A stretch of DNA of 63,986 bases, the filler included, from Klebsormidium nitens (Eukaryota > Plantae > Klebsormidiophyceae), in NCBI GenBank assembly GCA_000708835.1. It is 8 parts of 8 records of this genome, joined end to end, with 100 filler letters (N's around TTAATTAATTAA, not from the genome) between each part and the next. Parts side by side here need not be neighbours in the genome. Positions count along the whole stretch, not along the records: positions 32,427 to 49,452 come from DF238011.1; positions 49,553 to 54,635 come from DF238453.1; positions 54,736 to 58,527 come from DF238546.1; 5 more parts are not named here. The stretch is one strand, 5' to 3'. The translations under genes were made by a program, and so were the position numbers. Positions within the stretch are counted from its first letter, which is position 1, and the number at the start of each line of letters is the position of its first letter. Below are positions 48,765-58,627 of this stretch, one piece after another. The notes beneath the pieces are model-generated. The model was not told where the DNA came from and ran no database searches. It saw nothing but the letters and a program-made list of their open reading frames with translations.

Positions 48765-49083
48765 TGTGAATGATTACTTCAATCACAGATCACCTTCGCC
48801 TAGTCACAACATACACATAAGCACAGTCTACTTATGTGGAGACTCTCTGCTGGCCGTCATGCAGCATAACTGGGGGACAATGGTTGCTGGTCAAAGCCGC
48901 CCTTATATGCCTTAGAACGAACAAAGAGAGAATGAGCTACAAGCAGCTCATTCTCCTACTTAGCTGTTCTGTACGGTAATCATGCTACGATCAATGCATT
49001 ACCGGACTCAGCTAGTTACGGCTAACTCTAGCTTAACGACCGGGTTGCGAGATAATCCGGTCGCGAGGCAATTTGGCGTGACA
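48765..49083 (-). repeat. 5' terminal repeat (segment A only, 319 bp, TGTCAC...TTCACA on the minus strand)
   Basis: Matches 36931-37246; segment B is absent at this end and is replaced by host sequence carrying the TSD. Confidence 0.92.
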
Positions 49084-49452
49084 TGGCGAGCAAATACGTT
49101 GATTTTGAGGTTGCGGAGGCGCGCGGGGGAGAAAGTGACAATGGGTGTTCGAGGACTGTGGAGAAGGAGCTGCTTGCAGGCGAGTCCTTGCAAGAGTTGT
49201 TGAGCATTTCGGAGCGGGAGGCGCTCCATGTGTGTCGACGAAGGAAGCGGGTCAAGTGGGATCCAGGGGATCGAGGGGAGGATCAGAATGGTGCTTGAGG
49301 TTGAGAGTAGGCTGTGCCGAGACGGCACTGCCGAGTAAGGGGGGGGTAGCCAGCTAGTTTTGTTGTTGTTGGATTAGCATGATGCAACGTGTAGATGATG
49401 CGGAAGAGATGCTGGTGCCGAGGCGCTGCCGCAGCGATAGAGTACCGCATGA

Positions 49453-49552
49453 NNNNNNNNNNNNNNNNNNNNNNNNNNNNNNNNNNNNNNNNNNNNTTAA
49501 TTAATTAANNNNNNNNNNNNNNNNNNNNNNNNNNNNNNNNNNNNNNNNNNNN
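49453..49552. other. Artificial contig spacer
   Basis: N44-TTAATTAATTAA-N44. Confidence 0.98.
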
Positions 49553-50157
49553 TTTTCGGACTTACTAGGTGACGGTCCACTGAGCCTACTAGGCTAGAGT
49601 GTAGACCTAAAGATAGGCCGTGACTCGGAACACTCCATATACATTGTGTGAACTTGATTGATTGAATATCACTTCCAACAACGCTGTGTTTCAACAGCCT
49701 CATTATTAAGTTGTACGATACATGCTGAACTGGCCGACCACCTTCTCGTAGCGCACCTATGGCGCCTAAGTTAGGCGTTATATTCAAGTCGCTCCACATG
49801 CTTCTCCGGCCTATCAGCCGGACAAACTCACTATCTTCTTAAATGTGATCAAAATAGCTGTAAGGCTGGTGGTATTGCACCATCAAATCCTATCTGCAAG
49901 GCAGTCCAATCATGCAATTAGAAGCGGGGTTATCGAACCCCTTGCTCTCACATTCAATCTACGGCGCTTGTTGAAACTCAAGGTGAGGGACTCGTCATCG
50001 GATCTTACCATGTTGGCCGGCACCCATGCTCATCGCTCATTGATGGCAGCCATGCATCTTAAAAGGAACACACGAAGTGCCTCACAAGCGGCTTCCTTCT
50101 CTTTACAGACCTCTCTAAGAATGATATATCACATGAATATTTTCCACCACGAAGCCC

Positions 50158-50358
50158 TACGGGTCTCTCCCCTTCCAGTACGCTTGCTAGTCTACTCGGC
50201 TCACTAGCCAAACTCACACACTACTAGGCTCACTAGCCTAGCTCACAGTCACATACAATCTTAACCCTTGATATCATTATCTACGGCTGAGACTGACGAT
50301 CGCTCTCAACCGCCTAACCTTAAACCGCCTATCGGTTTAACCGCCCAACCGCCGTGCA
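50158..50358 (+). repeat. Dispersed repeat, solo-LTR-like, homologous to 62075-62406
   Basis: Shared collinear blocks ACGGGTCTCTCC, CTACTAGGCTCACTAGCC, CTAACCT-AAACCGCCTA, GTTTAAC and CCAACCGCCGT(G/A)CA. Confidence 0.6.
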
Positions 50359-50380
50359 GGTCTCACAAAGCCTCCCCCGA

Positions 50381-50935
50381 CTATCTCCTCTGGCCACCGC
50401 TGGTTTCCGGATCCCGATTATAGGGCGTGCTGACAAGCACCGCTGCCCGCTGGTAGACTTTTTGGAGGGAGTTCTTCTGTTTGTCGAGGTCGAGGCAAGC
50501 GTAGTCAGAGAGGAGCGCCTCGACCTCCTTCTCCAGCTTCGCCCCCTTCTCCAGAAAGAGCAATGTGCCGCCGTCCTCAACTACCCGGCCCCCGCTGGTC
50601 CGCACCTCTACTTTGGCCCCATGCGGCGCGTCCCGCACGACAACCGACAAGTCGTTCCCCGTCTTCGCAACATACTGACCGTCAGCTCCCGTATGCCCCA
50701 TGACTCCGAGCTCCTCAAGAACATCCGTCCTGATCAACACCATGGGCGATAGCTCCTGCTTCTCGACGACCTCCTGCCACAACGCCCGCCACCCGGAGCT
50801 CAACCTGTCCTTCAACTTATCCGCCGCTCCATCGTCGTCCTTCATCTAATCCTTGCTCGGCACCATCATGGCAACCGCCTCAAACTCCCGACGATCGTCG
50901 TCGGCACCGCGGCTCCCTATGTGAAGTACGGCAAT
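50381..50935 (-). pseudogene. Coding-like fragment of unknown origin with an internal TAG, ending next to the dispersed repeat
   Basis: GC3-rich open frame ...AVAMMVPSKD*MKDDDGAADKLKDRLSSGWRALWQEVVEK...LEKEVEALLSDYACLDLDK; no recognisable motif. Confidence 0.35.
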
Positions 50936-52739
50936 CATTCGGCTGACGACACACCTTCATACCGCTTGGAGTCGAGACGTACCGGTGTTGTCCAAAAAAG
51001 TGTTTCTAGGCACTTGTGCTACACGAGCGGCAGAGTTTAGGATGGGTGGCCTGGATTTTCGCCCATTGCGTTCAGATTGCTTTGCTACTTCTGGCAGCGA
51101 GTCCAAATTAGCTAGCATATCCAAACCCGAGCAGTTCAACATAGAGCCGCACAGGCGATCAAGAGGTCGACTGGGCTTAGAGCTCAGGTAGTTCAGGTTG
51201 GCCGCGTTCGTACAGCAGACTTGCACACTTGTTTAGGGTAGAAGAATCTCTCCCAGACCGGATTCAATATTATCGGACTGTTGGCTTTACCGAACCATTG
51301 TATTGCCTCGTGCCTGTGTGCGTCCTCTTTGCAGTCTGCAGTCTACAAGCCTGCACTACACAGTCTAAAAACCCCATTATAAATTTTGAATCACGCGCAG
51401 ACGTCCGATTGGGTTTGAACCCTGATATCGACGACCCATGTCAGTGCATGCGTGCAGCTCTAATGCACTACGGCTCTGCGGCCCTACGGCATGACAAACG
51501 GGTGCCTTCGTTGAGCAAGCGTTGACGGAAGTACAGAGCCATCCCCGGCTGCCAACTTCCCCGCTCTGCGTTCCAGTGGTTCAAGTCGTCGGGAACAGAG
51601 CGGAGGAAGGCTAGGGGTTCTAGGGCTTGCTCCATTGTAAGACCAGTAGGGCCATCTGTGTTGCAGCGCAAGACGAATATAAGCGCTTCTCCACTTCGGA
51701 GGGTTGGCCGCAACGCCCGCCGGATTGCTTTGTGGTCAAAGTAAATGCTTTAGGCGGAAGCTATAAACCCTACCATCCTTGATTTGCGCAGAAACTCGCG
51801 GCGACCACAGTGCTACTATATGTTTTGGCAAAAGTAGACATGTTGCAGTCGAGGATCGCACCCGCGACTTTGGTAACTGTGCACTAGCCACTAGACTACC
51901 GCCGACTCGCTGCAGTGTCGCTTGGCGTTCAATGTATGTATTGTAACGGACGCTTTTCCCGATCGAGCAACACGGGTGTAAGATTGGGTGGGGCCGGTAG
52001 GTAATTCGGGTGGATTGGGTAGGTGGGGGGGTACGCCAATACCCCGAGAGTGTGGGGCTGGTCGCCGATTAGATTAAAGTTTTAATTAGGGTAGTTGGGG
52101 CATCATGGCACCTCTTTAGACGTTTTACGGGTTAAGGCTACGAAAATCCTAGGTTTCTAGACAAAATATGCTTGTCACAAGCTAGACTCTAACCGCCCTT
52201 ACGCAATAGGCGCCTTCACAAAGAAGCGCCTTTCTCTCTTCAAGCATCTCTTTAGACTGAAATATCATCTCATGACATTGGTTCAAAGTCACTCCAAACC
52301 CGTAGCTAGGTGTACTCTGGCCTAGGGCGGGTCTGTTTCCACCACCCACTAGTCGGTTCAAGTATATGGATTCCTTTCCATCAACCAATCACTCTACCAC
52401 TCACAGTACGAGCTATAAGTACGAGCTATATTCCACTCAGACTGTGACCCAAGCACTATACCACTAGTGGTCGGGGTACTATACTTTTCGAGTCGACTCA
52501 CGTTTAACAATTTTCAAGCCAAGTTAAGACGCAATTCGACGGCCGATACTCAACGATACGCGAATTTTCAACGTTACGGTCGATATCACACGACACGAAA
52601 TCACAAGCCTAGTCGAAATTACACGACCCAAATTACGATTCTGCGCTCAAATCTATCGAGCCTAACCCAACAATGTGGCCGTCAATCGAATCCGTTTGTC
52701 AACACTCCCACGTGAACAAATGTCCCGTTCACACCTAGC

Positions 52740-52995
52740 CTCTTCTAACCGCTCTCTTTTTGGACCTTGGCATGATCCACCCCCTCTCGGTCGGCGTCTC
52801 CCAAAAGTTCCCCGGTGCCGCTTGCGCTCGATCCGAATACCGTTTGCCGTCCGTGTCTGGCGACACGAACTGCTCTGTCTCCTTCAAAGCTATCTCCGCC
52901 CGTGCTACCACGGCTTCTGTTGCGGCTCCCACGGCTTCCGTTGTGCCGTGCTCCTCGGTCTCTTTCTCCACCGGGTGGACCTCTTCCGACGTCAT
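52740..52995 (-). mobile_element. Small Ty1/copia IN-RT linker remnant in the opposite orientation
   Basis: KRYSDRAQAAPGNFWE resembles RRYPARARRAPGEWY in the adjacent plus-strand copia remnant. Confidence 0.4.
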
Positions 52996-53009
52996 CGTGG
53001 GTGAGCGTG

Positions 53010-54445
53010 GGCCCCGTGATCGTTGAGCTTGGCTCCGATCCGGGGAAGGAGGAGGGGGTTGCTCGCGGCCCTAGTCGTGTGAACCCCCCGACTCGGATGG
53101 GTGTAGGGGCTACCCCTACGGGGGAGGCCGACACTCGGCCCGGTGCAGGGGCTACCCGTACGGGGGAGGCCGACACCGGGAGCGAGGAGACCGTTGAAAT
53201 GGATGGAGAAAAGACGGCGGAGCGAAGATACCCCGCTAGAGCGAGGCGAGCGCCCGGGGAGTGGTATCCGGCGAAAACGGGGGAGCACCCCAAGGGATCG
53301 GGGGAGCATCTAAACCCGCAAACGTATCAGGAACCGTAGGGGAGAAGAGAGTGAGCTTTGGCGAAACTCAATGGACGAGGAGACGGGACGTGGGAGCTCG
53401 TCGAAAACCCGGGAGGGGTGAAGCCGGTTCCCATGAAGTGGGATTACAAGATTAAGCGGGATAGCTTGGGAACGTGGAGCGGTATAAGTCTCGGATGGTA
53501 GCGAAAGGGTACTTGCAAAAGCAATGAATTGACTTCGAGGAAGTATACGCCCCGGTAAGCAAGCACACAACTTTGCGGGCGCTACTAGCGGTGGTTGCGG
53601 AGCGCGACTTGAAGTTGCACCAGTTGGACGTCAAGACGGCGTTCCTCAACGGTGAGCTCGAGGAGGAGATCTACATGAAGCAACCGGAGGGGTACGAGCA
53701 AGGCGGGCCCAGCGTGGTTTGCCACCTCAAGCGCACCTTGGACGGGTTGCGCCAAGCGCCGCGTGCATGGCACACGCGGTTGAAGGAGGAGCTCGGGAAC
53801 TTCGAGTTCGTGGCGTCCAGTGCGGATGCTGCGCTCTTCGTGGGAGAGGTGAACGGGGGGCGGCTTTACCTCTCGTTTGGGTGGACGACATCCTTGTCGC
53901 GGCCCGGGGAGCGGTGCGAATTGCGAAGGTGAAGGCGCGCTTGGCGGACAAGTTCGACGTGCGGGACTTGGAGGAGGCGACATACTTGCTCGAGATTGAG
54001 TTGGCGCGCGACTGGGAGGCGCGAACTTTGAAACTCACGCAAAAGAAGCTCACCAGAGAGCTTGTTGGGCGGCACGGATTGGCGGGCGCACGGGCGAGCT
54101 CGGTCCCCAATAGTGCGGGGGAGAAGTTGACGAGAGAGGGTGAGCCGCTGACACGGCGAGAAACCCCTACAGCGAGCTCATTGGGAGCTCTCTACTTGAG
54201 CGTGTGCACGCGGCCCGACATTGCTCAGGCCTTGGGGGCATTGGCACGCTACGCAAGCGCGCCAACGGAGGCACATTGGGCGGCGGCGCTTGGGGTCATG
54301 CGCTATTTGGTGGGGACCGCGGAGGACGGAATAACCTTCGGGGGGAGCGGTGAGGTCCTTGAGGCGTATGCAATGCGGACTTTGCGAGGGACGTTGATAC
54401 GAAGCGTTCCACGACCGGGTACGTCTTCTTGATGTAAAGGGGATG
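53010..54445 (+). mobile_element. Ty1/copia RT and start of RNase H, decayed (stops and frameshifts); no gag, integrase or LTR seen
   Basis: TWELVE, PVPMKWDYKIK, YKSRMVAKGY, IDFEEVYAPV, HQLDVKTAFLNGELEEEIYMKQPEG, GLRQAPRAW, WVDDIL, CTRPDIA, KRSTTGYVF. Confidence 0.92.
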
Positions 54446-54483
54446 TGCCGGAAGTTTAGCATGATCTCCGGTCCCACATTTTG

Positions 54484-54588
54484 TTGGAAGTACGGACCGT
54501 GCTGACGTCACGCCCAGTTGGTGGCGCGCTTGGTTTAAGTACGGGACTTGTGACGTCGGCGTGACGTCGGCATGGTCCGTACTTCCAA
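54484..54588. repeat. 31-bp inverted repeat (foldback; MITE-like or hairpin RNA)
   Basis: 54484-54514 pairs with 54558-54588 with only two G-T mismatches; 43-nt loop. Confidence 0.75.
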
Positions 54589-54635
54589 ACACCACCAGTG
54601 GGGTAACTGCTAGTGCGGTAACTGCCTGTTGAAAC

Positions 54636-54735
54636 NNNNNNNNNNNNNNNNNNNNNNNNNNNNNNNNNNNNNNNNNNNNTTAATTAATTAANNNNNNNNN
54701 NNNNNNNNNNNNNNNNNNNNNNNNNNNNNNNNNNN
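54636..54735. other. Artificial contig spacer
   Basis: N44-TTAATTAATTAA-N44. Confidence 0.98.
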
Positions 54736-54839
54736 TCGCATGGTTTCCGCACATGTGAAGTAGACAGGCAGCGTGTGACCCTGTCCAACCGTCACAGTGT
54801 CCCACAAGGAGGGCAGACATTCCTCGGTGTGAAACAGAG

Positions 54840-57800
54840 TTGCAGAAGCTGTTTAGCGAGGCGTGCTCATTAGCACAGGTCCGTCAAGTAGGTTCAAATG
54901 AGTTGAAGCATCTGTTGGCAACCTTTGTGGCGTGGGAAGAGGCTCTTCGCAAAGTGAAGGACGAGCTTAAGCGCCGCACTTCAGAAGAGAAGAAGTGGAA
55001 GGCGGCAGCACTGGAGCTAGCTCCAGCTGGCCAATGGTGGAACTTGGCGGCCAACCGCAAGCACGTCGAAGCGTGGGAAGCGGCCCTCAAGAACCGCAAG
55101 GGTCAGTTTGAGGAGTGTCTCCAGGAGATGTACGATTCTGTCCTGGAGGAGTTCAACGCCGGTGCTGACATGATCAAATACAAGTGCACCTTGTCCGCAA
55201 GGTAAGCAACCAAACTATCTGTATATAGTTGTTGTTACGTTCAAAAGACCCTTAAGGTACCAGTGACAAGTGTGATTATGCTTGCAGAATAAATGTCTTG
55301 CTCAAAACTGAGAAGTTGGGCTGAGGTTGGTCTGATGTGCATGACGGTGTCCCGTGCTTCAGCAGGTTGAAACATCATCATGCTTCAAACTGTGAACTTT
55401 GTTGGTCTGGTCTGGTCTGGTCTAGTCTTATCTGCTGTGGGTTGCATCATGCTTAACTGTTAACAGCTACTATCAGCAGCATCAAGCATTGGGGTCAAGT
55501 TTTCCAGGCCTGCATATGCAGCATTCTGGTACAGTGCAAACCAGCAATCGTGAGGGAGCACTTTTGAGCGATTAAAGATCTTCTTCCTGCTCAATCACAC
55601 TAACTTCAGAAAGACGGGATCTATCAATAAAAGCAAGATTTGATATGTTGTTGATTCTGCTTCCCTTGCGCAGGAGCATTCCGGTGTTCGTCGCACAGAA
55701 GAAGCTGATCGACAAGCAGCTAGAGGATCTGCAGTTCTGGATTCGTCAAATGCAGCGCGATGAGGCGCGCTACCTGCGGCAGAAGCAGACTGAGGCTGCC
55801 AAGCGGAAGCATGGTGTGGCATTGGGGGAGGATGAAACCCCAGTTGAGAAGAGGATGCGCGCGGTTCGCGAGTTTAGGGGAAAAGCAGGCAAGGGGCAGC
55901 TGGACATTGGTCTGGGTGAAGTGTTGTCCCTCCTCCCATAGCAAGATGAAGCGGTGGTATCAAAAGGGTGGTATCGGGTGCAGAATGGAGGAGGGGGCAG
56001 AGGGGCTTGCTCCGGTGGCTTGGTTGAGGGAGAAAAGCTTGTCCCCGCCCCGAAGAGCCGCCAGCCCGGAAGCTGGCGGAGGAGAAGGAAGTGTGAGCAC
56101 AGCGCCTGAGCTTGCTCCCGGCAGCAGCCCTCCCCTTACAACTGGTCTACCTGCAGAGCGGCCCACCCCGATGTCGCGCCGGGTTTTGGAGCATGCAGAT
56201 TCAGTTCCGGAGGAGGAAGTGGGAAGAAGCCCAGAAGCAAGAGCTGGTTCTGCCGTCGGGACTGAGGGGGACGAGAGAGAGCAAGAACTTGAGGGGTCAC
56301 AGGCAGCATCAGATCTCAGGCGGAGGCAACAGAGCGGAGACGAACGTGGGTCAGGTCACCCGAACCTTCAGCTCTCAGATTATTCGTTATGAAGCGAGGA
56401 TGTTGGTCCTGCCGGGGCATGGGGATTGGCGGGTGCTAAGACCTGGGGTGCAGAGAACTCGGGGGCCATGAGCGGGAATGGCATTGGAAACACTGTGGGC
56501 GAGGACAGCGGTGGAGCAGATCGTTGTGGGGCTGAGAGCAGCTTGGGTGTTGCTGCTGGGGGGTCAGAGCACGATGGCGTTGCGAGCGAGGAGCTGGGGG
56601 CGTCAGACGGGAGGCATTCTGGTGACCACGGGGGTCTAAGCGAGGACGAAGAGAGCGGAGGGCAGGAGCCTGGGTCCTGGCTTGGGGAGCGAGTTGCGCA
56701 ACTGAGCGAAGGTTTGTTTGTGTCTAAGGCTCCTATGGAGTGGGCTCAAGCAAAGATTCAACTCCGGAAAGCGGTCAGTGATGCCAAGTTTAAGAAGCAA
56801 GGTTGGTGGAAAGGGTGCCGGCTTGACAACATGAAAGGCGCTCTAGAGGCAATGGAGTTGTTGGACTGTTCAAGCTCAAAAACGCTGGGTCTTGCGGAAG
56901 CATGGGAATGTTTGAGGTCCGTGGGTGGTCAAAAGGGGGTGACTTCAGGAAGCAAGATCGAGGGAACTGTTGGAAGGTGTTGCTGTCCAATGGCCCTTTC
57001 ATTGCCGTTGTGATTTCAGGTAGTGAGGACACAAGCTCGCATAGGACAGTACTTCTTCCTCGCAGCGGCGAGGTGGAAGTTGTCAAAGAATTGCAGCAGC
57101 ACTTTAGGAATTCAGTAGAGCTTGACACCGCTAAAAGGTTAGCTAGGGTTGCTGGCCTACCGCTGAAGGATCTCCAAATGCTAGCAGGTTCTACGCAAGC
57201 GTCCAAAGTAGTAGACTATGCAATAGGACAGATTGTAGGAAAGAAACAGTTTGCCAAGCAGCATGATGGAATCAGTCTTCGCACGCTGCGGTCTCATGCT
57301 AAGCAGACAGAGTGTGCTCTTGATGCCATGCCGGGCATTCTTGAGCAGGTAGTGCAGGAGGTAAGTGTCGAAAAGGAGAAGTTTCTGAAGGTAGCGGAGC
57401 AGGCTGCGAGACGTGCGCTGGAAGCGCAGGATCAAGGGAGGGGTGTCCCTGCTGAGGTCTTGCGAACAGCAGCGGCTGTAGCGCAGAGGAAAGAAGAGAT
57501 TAGGGAAGCGGGGAGTAAGGCGTGGAGGGCGCTGGTGAGGCGAAGGTTCAAGAAGCGGTTGGAAAATACACCAGAACTGAGGCATGTTGCTCGGGGTCAC
57601 CAGGTGAGCATTCCTCGGCTTCTATTCTTTCTTGGCAGGTTGGAAAGCTGGCCCGGGGCACCATCTCTTTGTTCCATTCTAGGGCCACAATTTATCAAAT
57701 TAGATACGACTGACTTCTGGTGAGGGTTTAGATTGCCAGGTTATCGGTACCTGTCGCTGGTTACATGATTTGGTAGCGGTAGTCACGGATCCTTTAACAA

Positions 57801-58527
57801 GCCTGTCCGTAAGTTTGTTCTGAAGCAATTGAGCATTGCAGCTTATGCTACATATGAACCTTGCATCAGTATTCCTGCTTGCGGCGCATCCATTCAGATT
57901 TGAGTTAGCATGTGCCTGTGTTGAATGACCAGGCTCCATTTCATGCTGGTCACAGTGATACTGTTCACAACGTATCTGGTGGATACATAAACCCCTAGTT
58001 TCGGTTCCAAGTTCAGATAGCCCTTGATGCAGGTCCGAATCAAGCAGATGCGCAATCTCTTTTGCACGTTGCACCCGTCAGAGCAATCCGTGCTAATGCT
58101 GTCCGATCTTGGGCCACGTTGCGCGGATTGCTCGTTTAGGGCTTTGTATTCCAAGGTCTTTTCATCAACGCCGCGGGCGTCTTCATCTGATCACAACATT
58201 CTTTCTTCTTGAAGGTGGCCATCCATGTCAAGTACCCCCACTTCAAGTCCGGAGTGGAGCAGCTCGTCATGCACATGAATGGTGGCCGCGCTGACGCCAA
58301 GCGGGCGTCCGTTTCCATCTACATGGGGAAGAGCACCTGGAAGGTGGTGGTCAAGAAGCTTGCTGACGAGGCGGCCATGGGCGACCTTGGCGGAGCAATC
58401 CGAGTCTCCGAATCGACTCTGAAGAAGCACCGGAAGCGGGCGGAGCGGTCTTGCCAACCTAAAATTGTAAACCCGGCTGGTCAACTGGACCTCTCTTCTC
58501 GTAAGGTTGCCAAGATTCTTCTACCCA
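54840..58527 (+). pseudogene. Spliced gene of unknown function, disrupted by stops and frameshifts, truncated at both contig ends
   Basis: Coding-like exons at about 54840-55201 (GTAAGC donor), 55673-56390, 56420-57603 (GTGAGC donor) and 58213-58527; helical or coiled-coil character; in-frame TAG at about 55939 and further frame changes. Confidence 0.5.
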
Positions 58528-58627
58528 NNNNNNNNNNNNNNNNNNNNNNNNNNNNNNNNNNNNNNNNNNNNTTAATTAATTAANNNNNNNNNNNNNNNNN
58601 NNNNNNNNNNNNNNNNNNNNNNNNNNN
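58528..58627. other. Artificial contig spacer
   Basis: N44-TTAATTAATTAA-N44. Confidence 0.98.

Larger units (their letters stand above)
36842..49083 (-). mobile_element. Ty3/gypsy LTR retrotransposon carrying a C5 DNA methyltransferase and a PHD-finger integrase, with permuted LTRs
   Basis: Termini TG...CA flanked by a 4-bp direct repeat TGGC (36838-36841 and 49084-49087). Domain order is ORF0, Gag, protease, DNMT, RT, RNase H, integrase, PHD; RT-RH before IN is the gypsy order. A PPT and terminal repeats are present. Confidence 0.93.

Noticed and set aside
36842-49083. Classification as a DIRS/PAT/Ngaro element because of the split direct repeats
   Set aside because: No tyrosine recombinase is visible. 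The element has an HHCC-DDE integrase, protease, PPT, TG...CA ends and a TSD, all pointing to Ty3/gypsy. The gaps could hide sequence, but the 522-bp gap lies between RNase H and integrase.
55402-55426. (TGGTC)4 microsatellite
   Set aside because: Short intronic simple repeat with nothing unusual.
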